Made by a program: the position numbers and the translations under genes. A DNA stretch of 64,000 nucleotides from Heterodontus francisci (lineage: Eukaryota), in the NCBI RefSeq assembly GCF_036365525.1, contig NC_090404.1, forward strand, positions 5,518,001 to 5,582,000. The letters are read 5' to 3'. How positions within the stretch are numbered: the stretch's first letter is position 1; each line of letters starts with the position of its first letter. Under the pieces are notes generated by a model that worked only from the letters and a program-made list of their open reading frames with translations, was not told where the DNA came from and did not search any database. Shown here piece after piece: positions 1 through 9,565 of this stretch.

Positions 1-103
1 TAAGAAGAAGAATATAAGTAACGCGAATAATCATGCAACGGTCTATTTAAGCAATGTGAGAATTCATTAATTTCCCAGGCAAAGGACCATTTCCCTCACT
101 TCG

Positions 104-117
104 CCACCAGAGGGAGC
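104..117 (+). promoter_or_regulatory. CTCF-binding-element-like motif upstream of V1
   Basis: CCACCAGAGGGAGC fits the CTCF core CCASYAGRKGGCRS with one mismatch; ~480 bp upstream of the V1 ATG, same strand. Confidence 0.65.
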
Positions 118-514
118 TCCCTCTTCGTGTTTACAGGCTCACTGCGACAGATCAATAACTAGCGTTGACTCCTAGAGAGGCTGCAGTTCCACAGGCTCCA
201 TAAGGAAAGGGATATTCAGACTACCCTGAATGTGTTGTTTACATTGCGAGGTACAGTTCCACAGGCTCTATTCATTTGGTAAGGAAAGGATTTTACTGGA
301 TTCCAACACCCAGCGTCAGGTCTGTCCCTTTACAGAGTCACTTTCACAAAGCGATGGGATTCCCCTCAATTTCCTCCACAAGGAGGAGAGGAATAAGCTG
401 ATCATTAGACAACTGACATGTCCAGATGTGAACTGCTGGTGAAGGTAGGAACGGATCAACAAACATCCTTACATCGGCTGAACAATATCCAGTTCCAGCC
501 AATCGAAGAGAAGG

Positions 515-594
515 AACCCCACGTGACTGAGACTTTAACTGGGCGGTGCTGCCTTTAAGATGCCAACATTTTAATGTGTTCACTCATTACAAGG
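515..594 (+). promoter_or_regulatory. Putative V1 core promoter
   Basis: CACGTGAC (E-box/CRE-like, 520-527), GGGCGG GC box (541-546) and TTTAAGA TATA-like (554-560) just before the leader ATG at 595. Confidence 0.4.
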
Positions 595-1027
595 ATGTAT
601 TACTCGGTAAAAGTGAATCTATTGGCCGTCATTCTGGCACTGCTAACATGTAGGTACAGGAACTGTACTCAATAACCCGCTGTGTTTATTTGTTATTCAC
701 GTTGCTTCAGTGTTTCATGATCTGAATGTTTTTACAGGTCGATGTCTCTCTGACCGAGTGTTCCAGTCTCCCGCTACGAAAACGGTCCAGAGTGGGGAAC
801 CGGTGAAGCTAATCTGCAGCTATGACATGTCCAGCATTTACACCATGCATTGGTACAAACAGAAATCCGGTCAGAGACTGGAGTGGGTAATAACGCGAGT
901 ATCGACTGGCAAAGAGAGAAGCGGGCGATTTGAACTGGATCTTTCCACTGCGGACAAACGCGGACAATTGGTTATTGAAAACACGGAGAGCGCGGATACG
1001 GCGGTGTATTACTGTGCGATAGAGCCG
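595..1027 (+). CDS. TRAV: TCR alpha/delta-type V segment V1 (leader exon 595-649, intron 650-737, V exon 738-1027), apparently intact
   Basis: Leader MYYSVKVNLLAVILALLT, phase-1 GT..AG intron, V domain DRVFQSP..LICSY..MHWYKQK..DTAVYYCAIEP with conserved Cys/Trp/Cys, then an RSS. Alpha versus delta use cannot be decided from sequence. Confidence 0.92.
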
Positions 1028-1066
1028 CACACTGAGAGGAAACGCGGCAGTCACTGTACAAAAACC
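1028..1066 (+). other. 23-RSS of V1
   Basis: CACACTG + 23 nt + ACAAAAACC (consensus nonamer). Confidence 0.95.
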
Positions 1067-1090
1067 TCCCTCCTGTTTACAGTTCCGAAA

Positions 1091-1164
1091 CAGCGGCAGC
1101 AATCTCTCCAATAACACAGGCCAGGCAAGGAAGGTCAGAGTGAGAGCAGCAAACGGAGGGTGTG
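1091..1164 (-). promoter_or_regulatory. Copy of the V2/V5 upstream module, pointing antisense into the V1 RSS
   Basis: Minus strand TCCGTTTGCTGCTCTCACTCTGACC...TGTGTTATTGGAGAGATTGCTGCCGCTG aligns with 8890-8953(+) and 3880-3953(-). Confidence 0.55.
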
Positions 1165-1527
1165 AGTGGGGCTGCCGCGGGCAGGATTATTGCAGAGTCT
1201 GTCTCTATAATTCCCATTGGATAGCGGGTTTGATCAGAGATACTGACGGTCACAGCATAAAGTATCGGACTGAGGAGTCAGTCACTCAGTGAGTGCAGTC
1301 TATGGTGTGAGAATAGGTTCAACATTTCTTAATTGTGAGTTTATATTAAACGGTACCGAATCGGACATTTTCCTGAGAGTTTGTTTATTTTATGCCGCTG
1401 TGCGACGTCTCACCGACAACATTAACATCAATCTCCTGTACAATTCGTGTTTAAATTGAGGCGTTCACACTGTAAGATAGATTTCCTCTGGGACCGAATT
1501 CTAATGAAATAGTGAATGTTTTCTAAA

Positions 1528-2370
1528 ACTGAAGCAGTCCGTGTAGAAATGCAGCAAGACCTGGACAATATCCAGGCTTGGGCTGACAAGTGGCAAGAAA
1601 CATTTACGCCACACAAGTGCCAGGCAATGACCATCTCCAACAAGAGAGAATCTAATCATCTCCCCTTGATATTCAATGGCATTACCATCGCTGAATCCCC
1701 CACTATCAACATTCTGGGGGTTACCATTGACCAGGAACTGAACTGGACAAGCACATAAATACTGTGGCTACAAGAGCAGGTCAGAGGCTAGGAATCCTGA
1801 GGCGAGTAACTCACCTCCTGACTCCCCAAAGCCTGCCCACCATCTACAAGGCACAAGTCAGGAGTGTGATGGAATACTTGCCTGGATGGGTGCAGCTCCA
1901 ACAACACTCAAGAAGCTCGACACCATCCAGGACAAAGCAGCCCGCTTGATTGACACCCCATCCACAAACATTCACTCCCTCTGCCACCGACGCACAGTAG
2001 CAGCAGTGTTTACCATCTACAAGATGCACTGCAGCAAATCTGAAAGGCTCCTTCGACAGCACCTTCCAAATCCGCGACCTCTACCAACTAGAAGGACAAG
2101 GGCAGCAAATGCAGGGGAACACCACCACCTGCAAGTTCCCCTCCAAGTCACACACCATCCTGACTTGGAACTATATCGCTGTTTCTTTACTCTCGCTGGA
2201 TCAAAATCCTGGAACTCCCTTCGTGACAGCACTGTGGGTGTACCTACCCCACATGGACTGCAGCGGTTCAAGAAGGCAGCTCACCACCACCTTCTCAAGG
2301 GCAATTAGGCATGGGCAATAAATGCTGGCCTAACCAGTGACGCCCACATCCCGTGAATGAATAAAAAAAA
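1528..2370 (+). mobile_element. 5'-truncated CR1/L2-group LINE (ORF2 C-terminal remnant, 3' UTR, A tail)
   Basis: Broken frames QQDLDNIQAWADKWQ..ILGVTIDQELNW..RLGILRRV..YKAQVRSVMEY..LDTIQDKAARLI; ends TGAATGAATAAAAAAAA; second copy at 10946-11382. Confidence 0.88.
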
Positions 2371-2443
2371 CTAATAAAATTATGGTAAAGCAACTTTCCG
2401 AAGAGTTTTCCACGGAGAGATCAGAGAAAATCTTTCTATGTCC

Positions 2444-2835
2444 TTTCCTGGAATGTGGGAGTCACTGACAGGCCAGCATTTGCTGCCCATCCCTAATTGC
2501 CCTCGACAACTTGCGAGGCCATTTAATAGGACAGCTCAGAGTCAGCCACATTGCTGTGGGTCTGGAAACACATGTCAGCCAGACCAGGTAAGCATGGCAG
2601 ATTTATTTCCTTAAAGGACATTAGTGAGCCAAATGGTATTTTACATCAATCGATGATCGTTTCATGGCACAATTACTGAGAGGAGCTGTCAACTTCAGTT
2701 TTCTTAATTAGTAAATTAAACAACTTAATTATTTTGAAGCTAAATTCTACCAGCTGCCGTGGTGGGATTTAAAATTAGCCCGGGCCTCTGCATTACTAGT
2801 TTAGGGACATTACCACTACGTCACTGTCTTCCCCC
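2444..2835 (-). mobile_element. tRNA-derived SINE sharing its 3' tail with the adjacent LINE
   Basis: Minus-strand head with A-box-like TGACGTAGTGG and degenerate B-box TTTAAATCCC; tail GGCAATTAGGGATGGGCAGCAAATGCTGGCCT..CCCACATTCC matches the LINE 3' end at 2300-2355. Confidence 0.75.
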
Positions 2836-2901
2836 TTGTATATTGTAACATAAAGTTAATCAAATTCGACCGGCGTCAATCACCTCAGTCTGATTCGTGA
2901 T

Positions 2902-3001
2902 AGAGTTCCGATGAAAGGACACTGAGTGAAACGTTAACTGTCTTTTCTTCTCCACAGATGCTTCCAGACCGGTTGAGTGTTTCCAGCATTTTCTGTCTCT
3001 G
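2902..3001 (+). mobile_element. Penelope-like element terminal fragment with degenerate minimal hammerhead ribozyme motif
   Basis: AGAGTT-CCGATGA-N13-GAAA-CGTTA-ACTG followed by CTCCACAGATGCT..CCAGCATTTTCTG; family recognised from memory, not from a search. Confidence 0.6.
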
Positions 3002-3016
3002 TAGTCCATCCTCCTA

Positions 3017-3030
3017 CTGCCCTCTGGTGG
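3017..3030 (-). promoter_or_regulatory. CTCF-binding-element-like motif downstream of the V2 RSS
   Basis: Minus strand CCACCAGAGGGCAG, full match to the core consensus; ~160 bp past the V2 nonamer, same strand as V2. Confidence 0.75.
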
Positions 3031-3191
3031 CAAACACTTGCAAATGTTTCAAACTGAGTTCAGATCTGCGCTTCTAAAAGACAGATTTAGCTGATACTGC
3101 AATTGAGCATTAGAAAATGACAGATTGTTGCACCTGACCACCATAATAACTGATTTTAGCTGGCGGATTTTCTGATCTACACAGCGGCGGG

Positions 3192-3230
3192 AGTTTCTGT
3201 GCGAGCATTTACCTGGTTTCCATCAGTGTG
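3192..3230 (-). other. 23-RSS of V2
   Basis: Minus strand CACACTG + 23 nt + ACAGAAACT. Confidence 0.9.
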
Positions 3231-3772
3231 AGCCTCAGGGCGCAGTAATAAACTGCAGTGTCGGTCAGCTGCAGCCCCGAAATGGTTAAGTTGGTGAATT
3301 TTGCCAAGTTGCCGAGTTGTGCAGAGAAGCGGATTTTGGCAAACTCTGCTTTATCTTCAGAACCACTTGTGTATTTAATCAGAATAAACTCAGGTTGTGT
3401 GTCTGGGTGTTGCCGATACCAGTACAAATTATAGCTGCCGCCCCGTGTAGTATTATAGGTACAGATTAAAGTCACCGCTTGTCCTTCTGTCTTAACACTT
3501 GAGGACAGCGGCTGAGTGACTGAATCTCCATGATTCAGATCTGAAAAACATATTCAAACAGGAAAGAATCAAACGGATGTTTAATATTCCGGTTCAAAAC
3601 TTGACGTAAAAGATCCGAAATGAGTTTGATCCAATTTCACCTTCATCACCATCCTTTAACAAATAATAATATGTGGGTTACAGCAGTCAGCGGGAGAATG
3701 GATTTTTACCGGAGCAAAACAGATACTCAGAAGTGATATAGTTATGAGGAATAGATAGATACAGTTCCGCAT
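3231..3772 (-). CDS. TRAV: TCR alpha/delta-type V segment V2 (leader 3772-3727, intron 3726-3541, V exon 3540-3231), apparently intact
   Basis: MRNCIYLFLITISLL/NLNHGDSVTQPLSSSVKTEGQAVTLICTY..LYWYRQ..DTAVYYCALR; donor GTATCT is weak, acceptor TTTTTCAG. Confidence 0.92.
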
Positions 3773-3879
3773 GATGCTCCCCTTGTCTGTAACTCTGCAG
3801 TCGGGGAAATCCTGTGCCGGAACTGAATTACAGATCCCCGTCCCACTGCTCTGCTGAAGCAACCAGTGCTATCAGGGAA

Positions 3880-3953
3880 CAGCGGCAGAAATCTGTCCAA
3901 TAATACAGTGTAAGCAAAGGCGGGTCAGAGTGAGAGCTGCAAACGGAAGCTGT
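3880..3953 (-). promoter_or_regulatory. Conserved V2 upstream module (ETS-like CGGAAG and ATTGG/CCAAT box)
   Basis: Conserved with the equivalent position upstream of V5. Confidence 0.55.
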
Positions 3954-4345
3954 ATGTCAGCCTATCAGTGTTATCACATGTTGGATCCGCCTGTGAGGAA
4001 TTGTCTCACTGTCCTCACATTCTATCACAGCGATCCCTTCCTCCTTTCTTTGAAAGAATCCACCCCAAGGAGACAGAACTCAACACTTGTGACCCGCTGC
4101 TGGGGGATGTGCAAGTGATTCAACCAGTATCCTATCGCAGTGCCGGACTGCAATGACATCGAGTGCAATATCAGATAATTCATACTATCTAAGACATAAA
4201 TGATGAATGAAGCGTGTTCAAATCAAACATTGCAGATTCCATCTCACAGGTACCGCGGCACATACAGAGGGATACCCTGTTACCCTCCATCTAATAAACG
4301 ATGGGATATTTTAAACGTAACTGCTGCCAATTTAAACTGTCATTT

Positions 4346-4410
4346 GATTGGTGCCCAAGTATCATCGGTTCTGACAGACGAGCCAATCCTGTCCCTGGGA
4401 AACGCGCCCC
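4346..4410 (+). promoter_or_regulatory. Duplicated double-CCAAT element (copy 1; copy 2 at 5619-5682)
   Basis: TGATTGG..GTTCTGA.AGAC.AGCCAATCCTGTCCCTGGGAAACGC occurs twice. Confidence 0.45.
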
Positions 4411-4421
4411 AGTTTCCCACT

Positions 4422-5313
4422 AGACCACGAAAAATAGGAGCAGAAGTAGTCCATTCGGCCCATCGAGCCTGCTCCGCCATTCAATACGATCATGGCTGAT
4501 CTTGGGCTTCAATTTCACTTTCCTGCCCGCTCCCGATAGCCTTTGATTCTCTGCGAGACCAAATCTCTATCTACCCCAACCTTAAATGTATTCAATGATC
4601 CACAACCCACAACCCTCTGGGGCAGAGAATTCCAAACATTCACAACCCTTTGAGTGCAGTAATTTCGCCTCATTTCAGTCCAGAATAAAGGACTCCTTCT
4701 CCGGAGACTGTGACCCTGGGTTCAAGCTTCCCTGAGCAGCGGAAACAATCTCTCAGCTTCTACCTGATCGAACCCCCTTCAGAATCTCGTATATCTCAAT
4801 TAAATCACCTCTCATTCTTCTAAACTCCAGAGAATATAGGCCCAATTTACTCAGCCTCTCATCATAGGACAACCCCTTCATCCCAGGGACCAATTTAGTA
4901 AATCTTCACTGCACTGCCTCCAGTGCAAGTATATCCTTTCTTAAATATGGAGACCAAAACTGCAGACAGTATTCCAGGTGCGGTCTCACCAAAGCCCTGT
5001 ATAATTTTACTAAGACTTCTTTACTCCTGTACTCCAATCCCCTCGCAATAAAGGCCAACACGCCATTTACCTTCCTAATAGCCTGCTGCGCCCGCATGTT
5101 AACTTTGTGTATTCCTTGTACGAGTTCCCCCAAGTCTCTCTGAACATCAACACTTACCAGGTTTACACCTTTTAAAAAATATTTTGCTTTTCTATTTTTA
5201 CGACCAAAGTGAACAACCTCACTCTTCCCTACATTATACTCCATTTTCCATCTTGTTGTCCACTCACTTAATCTGTCTATATCTCCTTGCAGCCTCTCTA
5301 CGTCCTCTCCCAG
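4422..5313 (-). mobile_element. 5'-truncated CR1 LINE
   Basis: ORF2 remnant QRDLG..LYRALVRPHLEYCLQFWSPYLRKDILALEAVQ with stop; CR1-type tail GGGCCGAATGGACTACTTCTGCTCCTATT. Confidence 0.9.
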
Positions 5314-5439
5314 TTTTTGTTATTATCTTCTATTACAGCTGCTGCTATTATTGAAACACATTGGGGAACTCGTTAAAACGGGAACTATGGAAATTGGATT
5401 TTCTACACGCTGCACTGTCAAGAAACACGGTAAAAGGAG

Positions 5440-5585
5440 TGAAGACAAAGTGAGAGAGAGGCACAGAGACAAAGATAGGGGTGATAGAGATAAAGAGACT
5501 CCGAACGACAGAGCGAGACAGATAGACATCGAGAAGCAAAGAGAGAGGCAGAGACACGGAGAAAGACACAAGCAGAAAGAGCAAT
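5440..5585. repeat. GA/GACA-rich low-complexity tract
   Basis: Degenerate (GA)n/(GACA)n; explains the spurious ORFs here. Confidence 0.7.
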
Positions 5586-5618
5586 AGTCAGAGGAAGTAA
5601 TTAGTCTGCAACTTACGC

Positions 5619-5682
5619 TGATTGGAGCCCAACTGTTATCCGTTCTGAGAGACCAGCCAATCCTGTCCCTGGGAAACGCCCC
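5619..5682 (+). promoter_or_regulatory. Double-CCAAT element (copy 2), putative V3 promoter
   Basis: ATTGG and CCAAT boxes with upstream GAGGAAGT ETS-like site (5591-5598), ~110 bp before the V3 exon. Confidence 0.45.
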
Positions 5683-5748
5683 TGAGATTCTCAATGAGTG
5701 AAATCTCTCCCTGATCTGAATTTCTTCTTTAAGATCAGTGTCTGTTTC

Positions 5749-6082
5749 ATGTGTTATATTCACATCTATTTGATATATCTCATATTTTTCGAGGTTTAGT
5801 GCCTCAGAATCCGTCTGAGTTAACGGTGCTGGAAGGACAGACCATAATACTGAAGTGCAGTTACTCGACAGCTGGTGTTCCAACTCTGTTTTGGTACATC
5901 CAGTATTCCGGGAAAACTCCGAGATATTTCATGAGGATATATAGCTCGGGACTTGAAGATAAGTCTCCTGATTTCCCAGACAGGTTCTGTGCTATTTTAA
6001 ACAAATAAAACAAAGTGGTTCCTTTAAATATCGCCGGGGTTCTTCCCTCCGACAGCGCCGTGTATTTCTGTGCCATGGAGCC
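5749..6082 (+). pseudogene. TRAV: TCR V pseudogene V3
   Basis: LVPQNPSELTVLEGQTIILKCSYS..LFWYIQY..FPDRFCAILNK*NKVVPLNIAGVLPSDSAVYFCAME; in-frame TAA at 6006-6008; leader-like MCYIHIYLIYLIFF at 5749 is out of frame with no clear intron. Confidence 0.88.
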
Positions 6083-6122
6083 CACGCTGCTGCAGAGATA
6101 GAGCAGATCCCACAGAAAAACC
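6083..6122 (+). other. RSS of V3 (degenerate; best nonamer at 24-nt spacing)
   Basis: CACGCTG + 24 nt + AGAAAAACC. Confidence 0.7.
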
Positions 6123-6146
6123 CACACTGAGAGTTCCCGCCAGTGC

Positions 6147-6160
6147 TCAGCAGAGGGCGC
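6147..6160 (+). promoter_or_regulatory. RSS-adjacent CTCF-like motif (V3)
   Basis: TCAGCAGAGGGCGC, 24 nt after the nonamer. Confidence 0.7.
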
Positions 6161-6818
6161 TCTCACGCCGATTAGCAGAAACAATAATTCAACGTCCTCA
6201 GTGAGAATCACAGGGAACTTCCTCAAAGATAATGAAACACACAGCACTCAAAAACAGGCGAGGAGCACTTGCGAAGTTATAATAGTTGATTTCATCTATA
6301 CTAAAAATGAACTCCACCAATTTATTTGTAATGTGTTAACTTACCTTTTGTCTTTTGATATTCTTTCGGTGACTGTCTGAATATTCGTGCAGCCCTTTCC
6401 CCATTTCCGCTATCAGTTTATCGGCCCCTTTGATCACAGCCGGGCCGCAGAGTCTATTTTATCAGAGTATTTTGCTGGTTCAGAGACAGTTTGCACAAAA
6501 ATTGAGACATCTTACAAGGTAGTGATTGTACTCTTCAGAATAAGGACAGGGCACAGAGTTTCATTCATGTTCATTGTCCTTTCCAGTATCTTTTTAATGC
6601 TTTCATATTTTCTGCTACCGTTTCGCCTTACAATAACCAGACCAGGGTTTCAATCCCACCCGCTCTCTAAATCTGTAACCATTCCCCCTATAAGGATAGG
6701 GTCTGTAGCCCAGCTCGGAGTGTTTCCATTCACTGGCAGCCAGCTCGCCACCTATCGGACTCCCAGCACCACTGCAGACACAAGGAGGTGAGGTGAGAGC
6801 ATCTTGTGTTTGTTACAG

Positions 6819-7050
6819 GAACGAGTGGCGCAAAATCAGTGCCCCAGGATGCGTCTGAGTTAACGGTTCCTGAAGAATAGCCAGTAATGTTCAACTATAG
6901 TTACTCCACATCCTTTCTTTACCACTGTTGGTGCGCCATTATTCAGGGTAAGCTTCGAGATCTTTCCTGAAGCGATAAAACTCGGGGCATGGAGATAAGT
7001 CTCAAAATTTCCCAGACCGGTTCTCTGTTGCAAGGACAAAGACAACAATA
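6819..7050 (+). pseudogene. Decayed, 3'-truncated V relic V3b of the V3 family (not in ORF track)
   Basis: Acceptor TGTTACAG then TSGAKSVPQDASELTVPEE*..YSYST and, after a frameshift, SGHGDKSQNFPDRFSV (V3: LVPQNPSELTVLEG..SGLEDKSPDFPDRFCA); no YxC or RSS; possible leader MFIVLSSIFLMLSYFLL at 6567. Confidence 0.8.
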
Positions 7051-7164
7051 CAACTGTTTAATACAGAAACCTGACTGTCTTCACCCTCCGTGGGTCGGGG
7101 ATCAAACTAACGCCGCAGATAAAAGCAACAAAGTAAACTTAACGGACCTGTAATTACTCGCTGA

Positions 7165-7203
7165 GGTTTTTGTACGGGGTCTTGGCTTTTATCTGACGCT
7201 GTG
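7165..7203 (-). other. 23-RSS of V4
   Basis: Minus strand CACAGCG + 23 nt + ACAAAAACC. Confidence 0.95.
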
Positions 7204-7721
7204 CCTCACTGCACAGTAATAGAGCGCCCCGTCCTCCACACTCAGGCCGCTTATGTTGAGGTAACCGTACTTTTTAGACTTGTCAGCAGTCGCCAGATAT
7301 CGTCCTGAGATTTCGTTTCCCTGAAGTGCTACTACTTTGGTGATAATCCAGGTTGGAGGCTGTGCAGGTTTCTGCCGATACCATTGCATGCTGTAAATAT
7401 CCGGGTTTGTATATTCGCAATCTAACTGCACCAAACTCCCTTCTGACACGGTTATCATCAGCGGAGACTGAGTTACTGGATCTGCACCTAGTCCAGCTGT
7501 GAAGGTAGAGGGAAAAAAAGATCGGCAGGTTAAGCAGGGTTGATCTAAACTTGTGTCTCTCTGTATAAGAATGTGTGACTTCCCATCTCCACAGCTCTCC
7601 TCCAATATGGATATTTCTGATGGAGAACAAACTCTTTGCATTAACCTGCCTTGATTAAACTAATCCAATACTTACTGTCCAACACAGCCGCCAGTATTAT
7701 CAGAAACATGTCTGACTGCAT
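7204..7721 (-). CDS. TRAV: TCR alpha/delta-type V segment V4 (leader 7721-7676, intron 7675-7497, V exon 7496-7204), apparently intact
   Basis: MQSDMFLIILAAVLD/TGLGADPVTQSP..LDCEY..MQWYRQK..DGALYYCAVR; GTAAGT donor, pyrimidine tract + ACAG acceptor; related to V1. Confidence 0.93.
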
Positions 7722-7913
7722 CCCTCGCAGTGAATGGGAATGGAATGAGCCAGAGATTGAGAAGCGGGGTGGTGGGGGGGAGAGGTAACCCGGGGCATCG
7801 TTCCACCCGCATACTGCAGGGGGCGGCCCCATCGTGACCTCACTCGGACTGCGGCCCCCTATTGGCCTTGGCGCTGGCATCGCGTGACTTTGTAATTGCC
7901 GTGTTTGAACTTG

Positions 7914-7927
7914 GCGCCCACTGCTGG
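7914..7927 (-). promoter_or_regulatory. CTCF-like motif upstream of V4
   Basis: Minus strand CCAGCAGTGGGCGC in a GC/CpG-rich region with a CCAAT box (7861-7865), ~190 bp upstream of the ATG. Confidence 0.6.
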
Positions 7928-8104
7928 CGGATTCTGTTCAATCCGATTTACAATGGGGCCAGTGAGTCCGTTCAGGCATATTCAAACAGGACTGTCAGAC
8001 ATCGTCTCCCAGAAAGCTAAATTGAAACCGATTAGACCTAACCTTTATTTTTGTTGGATGTTTCTGGCAGAAAGTGAAACCAACCCTTTTTAAATCACTG
8101 TTTT

Positions 8105-8710
8105 GAACATCGGCTGGTGTTCTCTGTCCAATTCTGGGCAACGTGAATTAGAAAGAACGTAAAGACGTTGGAGAAAGCGCGGAGAGATACACCAGAATGG
8201 TAGCAGGGGTGAGGGACTTTTATGTGAACAGATTAGAGACACTGCTTTTGCTCTGCAATGCAAATGTACATTGCATACAAAGTTTTGTGAATAAATATAT
8301 TTTTGAAAAAAAATAGAGAAACTGGGATTTTTCTCCTTATAATAAAGAAGTTTAAGGAGGGTCTTAATTGAGATGCCCAAACCTATACCTGATTTTGATC
8401 GAGTAGATTACACGTAACTGTTTCCACTAGCAGAAAATTCAATAACCCGCGCACTCCAATATAAAAGAATTGTTGGAAAAATACAAGGAGAGATTATATT
8501 TATTTCTTACACTGTTTTCTTAAAATTTGGAATGCACTTCCTAAAAGGGTGGCGGAAGCAGATTCAGCAGTAATTTTCAAAAGGGTATTGTATATAATTT
8601 GGAAAAGCTGTGGAAAATACGGGAAGTGAAAGATGAATTGGGGAGCTATTTCAAAAAGCACAGGCACGATAGGCCGAATGGCCTCATTCCGTGCTCTAAC
8701 CTTCTATTTG
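8105..8710 (+). mobile_element. Old degraded CR1 LINE 3' fragment
   Basis: Remnants such as TGGAATGCACTTCCTAAAAGGGTGGCGGAAGCAGATTCA and tail GGCCGAATGGCCTC. Confidence 0.7.
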
Positions 8711-8889
8711 TCTATTCCCTCCATGTCCCTCCCACTCTGTTTGTTGCCAGTTAATTGAACAGTGAGCAGGTGCAGGATGGCCACAGACTTCCGAAGCTTC
8801 AATCGTCACTATTTCCGCTCCATCGGTTCCGAGTGCAGCTGAGTGTCGCCGCACACTTCGCTCAATGTTGAGTCTGCGGTATCTCCGCC

Positions 8890-8953
8890 CACAGCTTCCG
8901 TTTGCTGCTCTCGCTCTGACCCGATTGTGTTATTGGAGCGATTGGTGCCGCTG
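8890..8953 (+). promoter_or_regulatory. Conserved V5 upstream module
   Basis: CAGCTTCCGTTTGCTGCTCTCGCTCTGACCCG..TTATTGG, homologous to the V2 upstream region. Confidence 0.55.
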
Positions 8954-9061
8954 GTCTATTCTTGTAATTGGTTGAATCAGCGGTGCAGTGGGACGGGGAT
9001 CTGTATTTCTGCTCCGACAGAGACTTTCCTGCACTGCAGAGTTACAGATTCAGGAAGTATC

Positions 9062-9565
9062 GTGGGGAACCGTCTCTCACCGCTTCTCATCATTATATCA
9101 CTTCTCAGTAAGTATTTCATTCCCAGTAAAAATCCATTCTCCCTCTGACTGCTGTCACCCAGATGGGATTGTTGGTAAAATAATAGTGATGGTGGTAATA
9201 CCGGTTACGTTGATCAATATGAGGTTGATGCTGATTGGTGACATTACTTTTTTAATGTTAGAATGGAGCCACCAAGACACAGTGGAACAGCCGGTTGCTG
9301 AAATGACTGTTGAAGAGGAAATTAACGTCACTCTAACCTGCACCTTGAAAACAAGCGCTTCTAACCCTGATGTGTACTGGTACAGTCAGCAACCCGGGCA
9401 GCCTCCACAGTACTTGCTTCGTCTTATTGGAGGGAATCTATACAGGAACACCGGCATCGCTGTTCAGTTCTCGGCTACGTTTAATAAAACTGCCAAGATC
9501 ACCGAGCTAACGGTCGGCAACACCCTGATCTCCGACAGCGCCGTGTATTTCTGTGCCATGAGCCC
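9062..9565 (+). CDS. TRAV: TCR V segment V5 (leader 9062-9107 starting with GTG, intron 9108-9261, V exon 9262-9565); open frame, start codon altered
   Basis: (V)GNRLSPLLIIISLL/KWSHQDTVEQP..VTLTCTL..VYWYSQQ..DSAVYFCAMS; GTAAGT donor; GTG aligns with the V2 ATG. Confidence 0.85.

Noticed and set aside
4408-5316. CCCAGTTT as a target-site duplication of the CR1 insertion
   Set aside because: The left copy is not flush with the element end and the right copy overlaps LINE-derived sequence
6339-6441. J-segment-like relic on the minus strand (GGCTGTG, GADKLI..GKG, GTAAGT donor)
   Set aside because: No FGxG motif, too long, and no nonamer at 12 or 23 nt
7813-7866. Two further CTCF-like strings in the V4 promoter
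   Set aside because: Two or more core mismatches in GC-rich sequence; one is better explained as a CCAAT box
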